From positions 310,001 through 374,000 of the forward strand of contig OZ025722.1 of the NCBI GenBank assembly GCA_964019335.1: 64,000 bases of DNA, written 5' to 3'. This DNA is from Diplonema japonicum (lineage: Eukaryota; Protista; Euglenozoa: Diplonemea). The translations under genes and the position numbers were made by a program. Positions 21,747 through 32,630 of this stretch are shown one piece after another. The notes beneath the pieces are model-generated. The model was given only the letters and a program-made list of their open reading frames with translations, did not search any database and was not told where the DNA came from. The stretch's first letter is position 1. The number at the start of each line of letters is the position of its first letter.

Positions 21747-22480
21747 ATGTCGGGGATGAACAAACGATCGAGGATGGTGTCATACGTAGGCGCCACGATA
21801 AAATGCACGATTCAGGTTTGTTTTGATCTTTTCCTTAAATAAATCGAAACAAAACCCACAGGACGGTAGGATGCTCAAGGGGACCTTCCTTGCGTACGAC
21901 CGGTGCCTTAATATGGTGATTGCGGATGTGGAAGAGGTCCGGACGGTGCGGACAAAAAAAACAAAAAAAGGCGGTGGGGTAAGCGAGAAGGAAGAAACTC
22001 GGACTTTGGGCTTGGTATGACGAGATATTTTAAAAAAAAAAAAAAAAAAAAAGTTATTGTTGAGAGGAGAGTCAGTCCTATCGATTACTGTAGAAGGCGG
22101 CTTGCCCAAAACGGGCTCTGCCCCCGCTCCAGGTATCCGAACTTTTTTTTTTTTTCTAAGTTTTTTTTTTAACAGAAATGCCTAAATTTCCCCCTGGCAT
22201 GCCTCCTGGCATGATTCCACCTCCAGGGATGATGCCTCCTGGTGCCATGGGTCGGCCACCCCCAGGCATGCCGCCTGGCATGATGCCTGGCATGCCACCC
22301 CCAGGGATGTACCCTCCTCCTGGCATGCCACCTGGCATGATGCCTGGGATGCCTCCTCCTGGCATGCATGGGCCTCCTGGCATGCCCCCTCGAGGTCCTA
22401 TGCCGCCGGGTATGATACCAGGCGGCATGCCTCCTGGTGCTATGCAGCATGCCCCAGCTCCTCATCCGCCTCAGCAGTAA
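21747..22480 (+). CDS. SmB: Small nuclear ribonucleoprotein SmB; exons 21747-21815, 21862-22014, 22054-22132, 22176-22480
   Basis: Removing three GT-AG introns (46, 39 and 43 nt) gives one frame: ...IKCTIQ|[25 protein letters not shown]...RTLGL|[15 protein letters not shown]...|...PPPGM-repeat tail. These are Sm1/Sm2 motifs plus the SmB proline-rich tail. Confidence 0.92.
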
Positions 22481-22753
22481 GAAGAATATTAGTGTCCTTT
22501 TATATTTTTATTTCTCCCCCCCCCCTTTTTTTTTCCCCTTTCCCACGCCCATGGTGGTTCAGGTTGGTAAGCCTGGAAAAACAAAAAAAAATTACATAGT
22601 GTTTGTTTTTTTTTTTTTTTTTTTTTTTCCAAGAAAAAAAAAATCCCAGGCAGTTCCTTACCCCCTTTTTTAAAAAAAAAAAAAAAAGAAAATTTAAAAA
22701 AAAAAAAAAAAGAAAAAAAAAATTCCGCAACTGTTCATGCTGTGAAAGAAGTA

Positions 22754-24358
22754 ATGAGCGGGTCTTATGGGTCGTACGGCCAGCATTGGCTGCCGGGGTC
22801 GAGTTTTTTACATGAAGAGACTGTAGTGCGGCCAAGCTCCATGCCGTCAAGCGTGGCGTACCTGGGCGGTACAGAAAAGAAGCATAACCAAAGCAGGCAA
22901 AGGTTGTTGGACAATGTAAGGGTTACGGACATGTCGCTGTCTGCGGTAAGCGCAGGCCTCTGCAGCATAGAAGAGCTTGCGTGTTGCGTACCCGAAGCAA
23001 CACGGAAGAACATAAAGTGCCTCGACATCTCGGCGAACAAACTCCAAGATCTACAGGGTATCTCTGGTATGTTCCCGGAACTACGACAGCTCGTCGCGGA
23101 CGGCAACGCCATCGCCCGTTTAGGCGGCTTCCCAGTTGGTACCTTGCAACATCTTCAAACGTTATGGTTGAACAAAAACCTCCTTCATGATCTCGACATG
23201 ATTTTAAACGATTTGAAAAACACAAAGCTGCTCTACCTCTCGCTCTTAGGAAACCCTTGTTGCAAGCACGGAGTCGGCATTGTCGACGGCGAGGAAGGCG
23301 CTTCCTATGAAGAGTCGGAGTGGTACCGAGCATACGTCGTGCACCACCTCCCGTCCCTCCTCTTCCTCGACGAGAGGGAGGTCATCCCTTCCGAAAGAAA
23401 CTTCTTTTCAAACCAACCCTTGGCGTACGACTTTGTATGGGTGAAGCTCAAACAACTTGGATGGTGCAAAGGTTCTTCAAAACCGATCGACACAGAACTC
23501 TCTGAAGTACGTGTATGGGAGGTTCTAGCAGAGGTCGACGTTCAGTCTGATCCAAACCCGGGATCAGATCGCATTGCAACTATCAAGAAAGGAGGTATCA
23601 CTGCTGTAATATCCGCCACGATTTCACATGGCGCGCCACGGTTGCAAGTCTGTGTTGGTTCCGGAGCGCCGCCTAGAGGCTGGATAACCGCTCAAAGAGG
23701 CACGACACCGCTTGTGGTACAGCGTAAAATGAAGGTTAAAATATCAAACCTTCGACCGTTGGGCGGCGAGCAGGCACTCCGCCTCCTCGGAGAGGAAGTA
23801 TGCTGTGTTGTTCAGAAAAACATATCCGAGGGCGACGTGGTCCACAACAGGCTGAAGGTGCTCTACCATCGTGAGTACGGCCCGAAATCGCCTTCTTTAC
23901 GAGCCCAACGTGAAGAGCTTGGCTTGCAAGACATCCCTGCTTTACTATCAGCACTGCCACCGTTTGCTCCAGACTTGGTAGCAGATAAAGAACGAGGTCC
24001 TGATGGTGGTTGGTTCTGGCGTCTTCGTGTCAAATCGCTGCCTTCAACGCAGTTTCACTCGCAGGGAGGACAGGCTTGGAGTGAATGCTCCGGCTGTCAA
24101 AAATGCAAACAATGGGCGGCGGAGCTAAAATCCTGGGAGGCAGAGCTGCACAAACGAGAAGAGGCTTTGAAGGAAAAGATGTTAAAGCTCGGGGAGCACC
24201 CGAGCCCGGCAGCCAGTGCGTCGCAAAACCCATCTACTTACCGGCATTCTGAGCTCGGTTCCTGCGAAGGTGAGGAACCAGAAGATGATCTCCCCAAGAT
24301 ACCACCACTGGACGCGTGGTCGCATAATCCCTATGGAAAAAGCCTCGAGCGTCAATAA
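22754..24358 (+). CDS. Leucine-rich repeat protein (SDS22/U2A'-type LRRs with LRRcap)
   Basis: LDISANKL, LVADGNAI, LWLNKNLL, LSLLGNP, and YRAYVVHHLPSLLFLD cap. Confidence 0.82.
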   Translation: MSGSYGSYGQHWLPGSSFLHEETVVRPSSMPSSVAYLGGTEKKHNQSRQRLLDNVRVTDMSLSAVSAGLCSIEELACCVPEATRKNIKCLDISANKLQDLQGISGMFPELRQLVADGNAIARLGGFPVGTLQHLQTLWLNKNLLHDLDMILNDLKNTKLLYLSLLGNPCCKHGVGIVDGEEGASYEESEWYRAYVVHHLPSLLFLDEREVIPSERNFFSNQPLAYDFVWVKLKQLGWCKGSSKPIDTELSEVRVWEVLAEVDVQSDPNPGSDRIATIKKGGITAVISATISHGAPRLQVCVGSGAPPRGWITAQRGTTPLVVQRKMKVKISNLRPLGGEQALRLLGEEVCCVVQKNISEGDVVHNRLKVLYHREYGPKSPSLRAQREELGLQDIPALLSALPPFAPDLVADKERGPDGGWFWRLRVKSLPSTQFHSQGGQAWSECSGCQKCKQWAAELKSWEAELHKREEALKEKMLKLGEHPSPAASASQNPSTYRHSELGSCEGEEPEDDLPKIPPLDAWSHNPYGKSLERQ

Positions 24359-24638
24359 AAAAAGGGGGTGGATGGGGGGGTGTGTGTGTTCCATACTGGT
24401 TGTGTCATATATATATATATTTTTTTTTTTTTTTTGGAAAAGAGGAGGGGAATAAAAAAAAAAAATAGAAGCAAAAAAAAAAAAAAAGAAAAAAAAGAAA
24501 AAACTCTGAAATCTCTTTCTTCTTTTGTTACGCATACTTTTTTAAAAGAAAAAAAAAAAATGCCCCCACTTTTTTTTTGTTCACGTATATATGTCAAAAC
24601 TCTGTTGAAGAAGCCGTCTCGTTCTTTTTTTTTTTCTT

Positions 24639-24681
<43 letters not shown>

Positions 24682-24970
24682 GCATAAGTATTTCATTATT
24701 TTGGTGATTGTGAAATTTAATTATTAATTTTTTATTTATTTTCTGGATTCCCTTCCAAAGGATTTGGCTAGAGCCGGGAACATATTAGATGACATCTGCA
24801 AGGAGGGCTAAGCCGCCGAGCCTTTGGTCCCTTTATAGCCGCCTGAACTATACCATGAAGCATAAGCAGAAAATTGCAAGACTGGCCCAGGTTGAAATCC
24901 TGGACATCCTGGCTTTGGGGGGGTTTGGGAGTGCCATCGGGAACCAGAAAATAAATAAAATTACGTATTC

Positions 24971-25092
24971 ATGAATTAAGGTGGGACTTTACTCTTTCCC
25001 TCGGAATCTGATTTTCACGAGCGAAGCGAGGGAAAATCACCCCTCGGGGCAGATTATCAGCCGCGGGAAATAAAATCCACTTTATTTTTCAT
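24971..25092. repeat. Fold-back (imperfect palindrome) element with CGAGCGAAGCGAG apex
   Basis: Nested inverted pairs ATGAA/TTCAT, GTGG/CCAC, TTTCCC.CGG/CCG.GGGAAA, AATCTG/CAGATT and ATTTTC/GAAAAT around the core at 25018-25030. Confidence 0.7.
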
Positions 25093-25294
25093 ATAAATCA
25101 ATAGTTAAATCTTTTTTTTTTTTTTTTACGTTTCTCGTAAAGGTAAAAAATCTAAAAAGAAAAAAAAAAAAAAAGAAAAACGTGTGATGTTTAAAAAATG
25201 AAAAACTGGGGGGGGGGGGGGGGGGGGGGAGAGAGAGAGGAAGTCACTCTAAAGGGAAATCTCAATTTTTTTTGTACGGTTTCTTTTTTTTACA

Positions 25295-26083
25295 CCAGCG
25301 AGAGCTGCCCTGACAAACGAAAGATATGGCGGGATGACACGAAGTGACCTACCTGCAGTGACCGCCCTCCACGGGATCATTCCAAGGGGCGCAACGGGGG
25401 CTGCGAAGCAACAGGCGGCAGTCGTGCAACGATACCTGTTGGATGTCGTGTCAAGACGAGACGCCAGAGCGGCTGAACGGAGCACCAGAATCCTCACCAC
25501 CAACCCGTGGGATGAGATCACAACGGGGAAGCAGCACACTGTGCCCACAGTGGAGCTGTTGAAATCGAACGGAGCGTCGGGAAAGGTCCTAATGTTCTAC
25601 ATGAAGAGCGTCCTCAAGTGGCTGAAAAGCCTAAGATGGTACGCAGGCAGGAAGTTGACGTCCGTCACGACGATGGAGCTCGCAGTAGACTATGAGCAGG
25701 CCACCCGGCAGTCCTTGGCTGGACCCCTCGACGACCAGGACTGGCTCACAGAGAAGGCTGGAAGGATGCGATACATCTTAGGACGTATTCAGAAATGCAC
25801 AGCAAAGAGTGGGAAGAATGCTTTCCCCGCCAACGCAAAGACAAGGGTACACACCCTTCGACATCTTGGGGGCCCGACGACACACGGCTACGACAGGAGA
25901 CCACTCTTCTCCTCGAGCCAAACCGCCCCCTACCTAGCACGACTCCAAGCAATGTTTCTCGCCCAGATGCCGTCCATCTCATCGCGACAAACAGCCACAG
26001 CGGGCACCAGACAGCAACCGCAGAACGGTGACCGATTAGTGTGAATTTCTCCCTGAACGGTGAGCACCCACCCGCACACCGAA
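25295..26083 (+). mobile_element. 5'-truncated non-LTR retrotransposon (LINE) 3' fragment, repeat family B
   Basis: ORF 25334-26044 (ALHGII, WLKSLRW, ELAVDYE, GYDRRP) resembles C-terminal regions of protist LINE ORFs, from memory and not searched. Its 3' end recurs at 32721-32815 and 44033-44119, and a diverged peptide homologue lies at 35379-35498. Confidence 0.6.
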
Positions 26084-26494
26084 ATTTATCAAATTTTTTT
26101 TTATTGGGTCCTATAATGCTGTGATAACTCAACTCAAAAAAAAAGGAGCAAGAAATTATATTCGAACAGAAATTCAAAAGAAAAAAGAAAAAGAAGCGCG
26201 TGACACCTTGAGTTTTTTATATTTTTTTCTTTTAACGGGGGGGCAGGGAGGGGGATTGGGCACGTGGTCCACCATCAGTTCGTGTTCATCGACCGTGAGC
26301 TTATTTAAAGCTGATGTGGGGTGGTCCAGTAGTTGAGTTCTATTGCTGGCACGGCACCGTTGCGTAACAAGCCGCTGTCGTATATTGCCCCCCCCCCCCC
26401 CCCCCCCCCCCCCTTTTTTTTTGCCAGGGAAAAAAAAAAAAAAAAACTGAGACCTGCATCGAGTAAAAAAAGATTTTTTACCCCCCCTCTTTTT

Positions 26495-26534
26495 TAGGCG
26501 ATCCTGTCACATGCTGCAGGTTCCCTTCAAGGAC
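26495..26534 (+). repeat. Short dispersed repeat family E (others at 39787-39819 and 47591-47630)
   Basis: TAGGCGATCCTGTCACAT.CTGCAGGTTCCCTTCAA is shared. Confidence 0.8.
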
Positions 26535-26626
26535 TTTTTTTTTTTTTTTTTTTTCTACTCAATTTTTTTTTTTTTTCTGTTTTACGTCTTTCTTTCCCCA
26601 TTTTTTTTTTTTTTTTTTTCCCGTCC

Positions 26627-26663
<37 letters not shown>

Positions 26664-26681
26664 ATTCCCCCCCCTCAAACA

Positions 26682-27252
26682 ATGTTTGCGGGCCGGTTCG
26701 GGGCGGTGGCCGCGACAAGGCGTGGGAGCAGGCAAGGCCAGAAGAGGCACGACGCAGCAAGACGGGCAAGGTTAGAGCGACAGCGGGCCGAGGAGACCAT
26801 CGACAAGATTATGGCGAAGTACGACACAAACGGGAACGGGAAGTTGGACAGGGATCAGGTGGTGAACCTCCTCACTGACCTGGACCACAGCACACCCCCG
26901 GGCACAAAACCAGGAGAGGAAGAAGTGTCCTTTGTTCTGCAGTGTGCCGATAAATCCCGTAACAATGCAATCGACAAGTCTGAGCTGATCGAAGCCATCG
27001 CCGTGTGGAACTCGTACATTAAAGAAAAAGACGTAATCGACCAGGTGATGAAGAAATACGACGCCAACCACACCGGCTCCCTGTGCAAGGAAGAGGTTCT
27101 AAACCTCCTGACCGAGCTCAACGAGGGGACACCAGTGTCAGAGGATGACGTCGATAAAGTAATGAGGTACTCGGACACTTGCGAAACAGGGGACCTCAAG
27201 CGCGTTGAAGTGTTGCTTGCCATAAATTATTGGTGTGAATTTTTTAGAGGGG

Positions 27253-27286
<34 letters not shown>

Positions 27287-27349
27287 TACCATATGGAGGA
27301 GGCCGAAGTACCTATCAAGGGGTCCGGCGGGTGCTGTGTGGTTTTGTGA
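26682..27349 (+). CDS. Four-EF-hand calmodulin-like protein with a C-terminal CCVVL (CaaX); exons 26682-27232 and 27286-27349
   Basis: EF loops DTNGNGKLDRDQ, DKSRNNAIDKSE, DANHTGSLCKEE and DTCETGDLKRVE. Removing GT-AG intron 27233-27285 gives ...INYWYHMEEAEVPIKGSGGCCVVL*. Confidence 0.85.
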
Positions 27350-28120
27350 TTTTTTTTTTTTTTTTTTTTTTTGGAATTTTTTGTTTACACAAAAAAAAAA
27401 AAAAAAAGTTTTGAATTTCAATTAATTTTTGTAATTTTTTTTTATTGGTTTTTTTGTGGGGTGAGGGGGGGGGTTTAAAAAGGGGGAAAAAAAAATGCTC
27501 CAGGAATTTCCCCCCCTTGAGAGGGGGGGAAAGGAGGGAAGAAAAAAAAAAAGAGGAAACAAAAAAAAAGACTTGTAGTACCATTTCGGTTAACTATCTG
27601 ATTTTTTTTTTCTTTTCCCCCGCAGAAAAATTATTTTTTGTTACAAAAAACAACACCAACCACTCAGCAAACAAAATTTTTACAACCCCGTTGCTCCAAA
27701 ACAAAAATAAAAGTAGTGGTCTTTCTTTTTAAGAGTCTGAAAGTTTAATTTTTTTTGGGGGGGGGTGTTGGCTCTAGTGCAAGAAAAAAATAAATAAAAT
27801 GGGTTTCTCCCTCTCTCTCCCAAACTTAAAGAAGAAGAAAAAAAGAAATCCCCCCCCTCCCTCTTTTTTTTTCATTTTTTTCAAAATCTTTTTATTACTC
27901 TTTCTCAAAAAAAAAATGATTTCTAAAACTTGACGCTCTTATGCCGGAGTAAGAAAACTGGTTTAAAAAAAAAAAAAAAAAAAAAAAAAACCAGCGTTTC
28001 TTGACCTGTGCGATCAAACAAAGAGGTTATTATTATTATTACTATTTTTTTTCTTCTTTTTTTTTTTTTATAAAAAAAAAGAAAAAAAAAAAAAAAAAAA
28101 AAAAGGAACCCACCTCCCAC

Positions 28121-30673
28121 ATGGTAATACGTCTCTCAGTGGCGCTGACGTTGTTGTCGTCATGCGGCATTCTCCTTGCAGCGGGCCTCACATTGTACCT
28201 GACACTAAGCTTGTCAGAACAGATACAAAACGACTTGGAGGACAGCAGGGACAAGGGCGTGGCACTATGCTTCGAGAGGGGGAGGGAAAACGGCATCAAA
28301 CTCGGAGGGGACGTCGTCGCGGGCGCGGCGAATCTCTTAAAGCAAGAAATGGAAAATTTGTTCCTTAAACCGGTCTCCATCGCAGATGGGATGGCCCGGA
28401 TATTGAATTTGGAACCACCAAGCACCGCTTATGCAATGGACTTCAGAAAAACTCAGTGGAATATTTTTGACGCGAACGTCCGTTCTGGGATAACCGAGGT
28501 GGCGGTGACCATGGCACGAAACAATAGAACAAGTTACTATCTAGCTTTCGAGTCAGAGTATACGCAAGCGAACCCCCGTCCCAATGGGTACCACCTGACA
28601 CTAGGTGTGGAAATTGACGAGGTTGATTTAAGCGAGCTTTACACTGACCCGTACGGGAAGAACCTCAAGATATTCTGGGGCAACCCTGGGCCCGATGGGA
28701 AGCTGCTGCTTGTCAACAACGATCCCGACATCTGCGCCGGAAGCAGTGTTTACCCTGCCGGGCGTTGCCCTGTCTCTACCGATAGTCTGGGCTACCCTAT
28801 CCCACGTTACTTGCAGCAAGTTGAACAAGCCGCTTCCACCGCCATCATGTGGTCCCCTTTAGAACGTAATAAGGGTACCCTCAACCCCATCTCAGTCTAC
28901 ATGGCTTATCGTGAAGACCCGAACACCCCTTTCACGCAGAATGCAGGGTGGTGGCTCGTCTCGTGTGGTATTGACCTCCGGTCGATCATCGCCTACCTCA
29001 AAATCACGAACTTCGAAGGGGAGCGTCGGTACATCGCGTACGTGAACCCTTGGGAAGGGGGCTGGGAGCTGCTGGCCCTGTCGCACGGCGACGCGCACCA
29101 GCCGACGATGACGAACATCACGGACCCCTTGATCGCAGAGCACATCAACATCACACACTTCTCAAACGGTTCAGACGGCTTCACAACGTTGTTCAAAGAA
29201 GATCGTGAAACTATAACCTGGATCCACAACGGGGAGAAGTACTGGGCGAAGACGACAAACGTCCCCATCCTCGGAGGGCTGCAGGTGGGGCTCGCCGTGC
29301 TGGTCCCGCACGCCGAGGCACTCGCAACGATAACCAACGCGACGGACATGGTGCAGTCGCAGATAGCACAGGAGAACAAGGATGTGGAGGACAAGCAGGA
29401 CTTCATGCGGGGCACCTTGATCCCCGCTGTGATGGTGCCTATGGTGTTTGTTCTCATCTCGGTGTTTGTTTTCTTCGCGTACAAGATCACGAGGCCGCTG
29501 GCGGTTCTTGCAGGGAACATGTCGCGTGTGAGCTCCATGGACCTGAACGGGATCGACAAGGACATCCCCATCTCCGCCATCGACGAGGTGGGCGCCATGC
29601 AGCGCTCTTTCATCCACATGTACGAGTCCATCGTGGAGTACAGGAACTTCCTCCCCTACTCCATGCTTGACCAGCTGGCTGTGTCCTCCGAAGAGGAAGA
29701 GGAAAAGCGTTCCATCGACCGCCGTGCCAGCAGGCGCTCACGGCCCTCTGGTGTGGCGTCGGGCTCTTCGATGTCGTCGTCTGTGTACTCCGCCTCGCAT
29801 GCTGAGTACTCGCACGTGACAGGGACAAGCAGCGGGGGGGGCGCAGCAGCGCTTCACGACCAGGTGCTGCGCAAGCGGCGGGTGACCATGATAGTGACGA
29901 ACTTCTGCGACTGGCACAACAGGTTCGACACAGAGGCAGAGATGTCAGAGTGTTTTAACAGCCTCCTCCCACACATACTGAAGGTGTACACGACGCACTG
30001 CGGCACCCCCGACACCTTCTGCGGGGACCGCATGATGTGCTCGTTCAACGCTGTCCGCCCGTTATCGACACACTGCGCAGCTGCATGCAAAGCTATTCAA
30101 GGTGTGCAGCAACTGTGTCAGACGGTAGATGGGAGTCCTTTACGTCTGACGGCTGGGGTGGCAACAGGGCAGGTTCTTGTGGGGAATGTTGGGTGTGAAG
30201 GGATGAAGAAGTTCTCGATCTTTGGGACACGTGTGACGACGGTGTACGCACTGGAGAGGTACTCGAGGCATGTGAACGCAACAGTAGCATGCAGCACGGC
30301 AGCCTTCAAAGAGGCGGAGACATCGTTCTATTTCCGAATGTTGGACAATGTGCTCTTCCGGAAGGCGAACCCACTTCCCACACCTGTCTACGAGCTGTGC
30401 CACCCTCGCATGTCCACAGCAGGCGACTCGGAATGGATGTACCAAGTGCAGGAGGGTGTGTTTGCAGACCCCTGGCACCCTTGGAATAGAGCCTTCCAAA
30501 ACATGATATCCAGCCCTCCCGACTGGGCTGGTGCGGAAGCGCTGATTGATGCGATCTCGAAAATCCCACACGAGGAGACGACATACAAGAAGGCACAGGA
30601 CATCGCAAAGAACAGGCTTGTGAACTGCATTAGGGGAAGGGAGTACCAAGCAGTCGAGATCCTCTTTCACTAG
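28121..30673 (+). CDS. Receptor-type class III nucleotidyl cyclase-like protein, paralog 1 (TM - extracellular sensor - TM - HAMP - degenerate cyclase)
   Basis: Two TM helices; HAMP ITRPL...IDEVGAMQRSF; cyclase-like FCGDRMM, GVATGQVLVGNVG and FSIFG. Confidence 0.87.
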   Translation: MVIRLSVALTLLSSCGILLAAGLTLYLTLSLSEQIQNDLEDSRDKGVALCFERGRENGIKLGGDVVAGAANLLKQEMENLFLKPVSIADGMARILNLEPPSTAYAMDFRKTQWNIFDANVRSGITEVAVTMARNNRTSYYLAFESEYTQANPRPNGYHLTLGVEIDEVDLSELYTDPYGKNLKIFWGNPGPDGKLLLVNNDPDICAGSSVYPAGRCPVSTDSLGYPIPRYLQQVEQAASTAIMWSPLERNKGTLNPISVYMAYREDPNTPFTQNAGWWLVSCGIDLRSIIAYLKITNFEGERRYIAYVNPWEGGWELLALSHGDAHQPTMTNITDPLIAEHINITHFSNGSDGFTTLFKEDRETITWIHNGEKYWAKTTNVPILGGLQVGLAVLVPHAEALATITNATDMVQSQIAQENKDVEDKQDFMRGTLIPAVMVPMVFVLISVFVFFAYKITRPLAVLAGNMSRVSSMDLNGIDKDIPISAIDEVGAMQRSFIHMYESIVEYRNFLPYSMLDQLAVSSEEEEEKRSIDRRASRRSRPSGVASGSSMSSSVYSASHAEYSHVTGTSSGGGAAALHDQVLRKRRVTMIVTNFCDWHNRFDTEAEMSECFNSLLPHILKVYTTHCGTPDTFCGDRMMCSFNAVRPLSTHCAAACKAIQGVQQLCQTVDGSPLRLTAGVATGQVLVGNVGCEGMKKFSIFGTRVTTVYALERYSRHVNATVACSTAAFKEAETSFYFRMLDNVLFRKANPLPTPVYELCHPRMSTAGDSEWMYQVQEGVFADPWHPWNRAFQNMISSPPDWAGAEALIDAISKIPHEETTYKKAQDIAKNRLVNCIRGREYQAVEILFH

Positions 30674-31021
30674 TGAAGAAGAAACCGGGCTTTGCGTTGA
30701 ATAGAGCACTCCAGTGGTGGGGGTGGGCTCTCACCACGGAAGTGAGTTCCCCCCCTTTTTTTTTCTCTTCTCTTGCAGGCAGCAGACTCTACTGGCCCGT
30801 AAGCGAGCTGTAGTAACGTGACAGGTGAGGCGAACTTTCTTATTGCAATATTTTGGTTCCCCCTTCTTTTTTTTTCTTTTTTTCTTTTTTTCATTCTTTT
30901 TCAAAACTCTGAGTGCAGATAAAAAAAGAATAAATAAATAAAAAAATATGGTAAACACGTGCCGTTGACCTTTTTCTTCTTTTCTTTTGAAGCATGGCAG
31001 CGCACCACGCTTTTTTTTATA

Positions 31022-31084
31022 AGGGGCAGCAAGACCTTTGGCCGTGTCTAGGTGTGTAACGACACCTCCCCTTAAGCGAGTCAT
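31022..31084 (+). repeat. Repeat family A copy
   Basis: Near-identical to 13165-13227. Confidence 0.85.
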
Positions 31085-31424
31085 TTCAGGGAGTCTGTGG
31101 GGTGCTCAGAGAGGCAAGAATAAGGCAACACCTTTTCCGGACTGTCAGCAACTACTGCGTTGGAACGGCTTGGTGGTGCCGACTACAAACCCCCTCGCCC
31201 CCTGTTTACTTTATGGTACACTCGGAGCCGACGGTCTGTCACTAGACGTTGCAAGATCAAATTTTTATTTCGTTTCCCTCTTATTCATTTTCTGTTTGTA
31301 GTCAGTTGGCGGTGTCATCCTTTTCTCCCTCTTGATTTCCACCCAATACACACATAAAAATGAAGCAGCTATTTTATTATTGTGATTTTTTGTGTCGCGT
31401 TTTAAACGTTGTGTATAAATTATT

Positions 31425-31476
<52 letters not shown>

Positions 31477-31809
31477 CCTGCGGTAGTTTTTTACCCTTTT
31501 CGTCATTGAGTAGGTGCTACTCTATGGCCGCTTCCAAGACCTGAGTTGATTTTTCGGGGGGCATTTTTGTATGAGGGAAAAAAAAAAAATACAGAATTTC
31601 TTTTTTGTTCTTAATTCAAACTCTGCAACGGGATGAAGAAAGAAAAAAAAAAGATGAAGGTTTGTGCTCCCCCCCCCCCCTTTTTTTGCAAAGTGGCAAC
31701 TTGTTGGTTAACCTCTTCAGCGGTACAACTAGCTTGTGCGAACAACTTTGATCACAACCCCAATCTAAACTTTCGCTCCCCCCTTTCTTCTTCTTCTTTT
31801 TTTTTTTTG

Positions 31810-31922
31810 GAGGAGTCGCAAGATTAGATCGAAACTGAGAGATACCTAGTACTGACCATACCCCCTCCCTTTTTAGGGCATGCGGCTTTCGCTCTGGGAG
31901 TTTGCATGTTAATTTGAGTTTT
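31810..31922 (+). repeat. Dispersed repeat family F (second copy at 41175-41288)
   Basis: GAAACTGAGAG.TACCTAGTACTGACCA...TTTTAGGGCATGCGGCTTTCG...TTGCATGTTA.TTTGAGTT is shared. Confidence 0.85.
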
Positions 31923-32630
31923 TTTTTTATAGTTCGTGATTCTCTATCTACCAAAAAAAAAAAAAAAAAAGATTTTTTTTTTCTCGGGGAACATTCGTTG
32001 TTGTGTCTTGAAGTACAACATAAATTTATAAAAAAAAAAAAAAAATAATAATAATAACCCTTCTTTGACGCTAAAAAAAAAAGAAAAGAAATAGAAATAG
32101 AAAACAGTGTGGTAAATGGGTCTTTACCCCCACACCACTCTTTCCCCTCTTCCCCTTTTGTTTTTCCTTTTGGAAATAATAATTCTGGGGGGAGGTATGC
32201 GTGCTTTAACAAATGAGAAAAATGGGGCTAATGGAAAAAAAAAAAAAAAAGAAGAAGAATTGTAGTGCATTTAAACTCAATAATTTAAAAAAAAAATGGA
32301 AGAATAAAAGCGTTTATTTCCCTTTAATAATTGGGTATTGTACTTTTTAAAAAAAAAAAAAAAAAGAAGAAGAAAAACTATCTTTTTTTATTTGAAATTA
32401 CGCCTAATGGATGAAATACCCTTTAGAGGGGTCGGGTCTGCTGAGATTTGTGCAGGGCCAAAAAAAAAAGGGGGGGGAAAAAAAAGTCCGTCTTGTGTCA
32501 GAAAATTCCGTTCTGTGTCTGAAAATTAAAAAGGCCTTCTAAGGGATTTTTCAGATACGCGTCATTATAAACCTTTTAAAAAAGGGGGGGGAAGATTAAT
32601 TACTCCCGCCCCGTTCCTATTTTTTTTTTT

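Noticed and set aside
22017-22053. Stop-codon readthrough or frameshifting to explain the split SmB ORFs
   Set aside because: Canonical GT-AG introns restore the frame fully; no recoding is needed.
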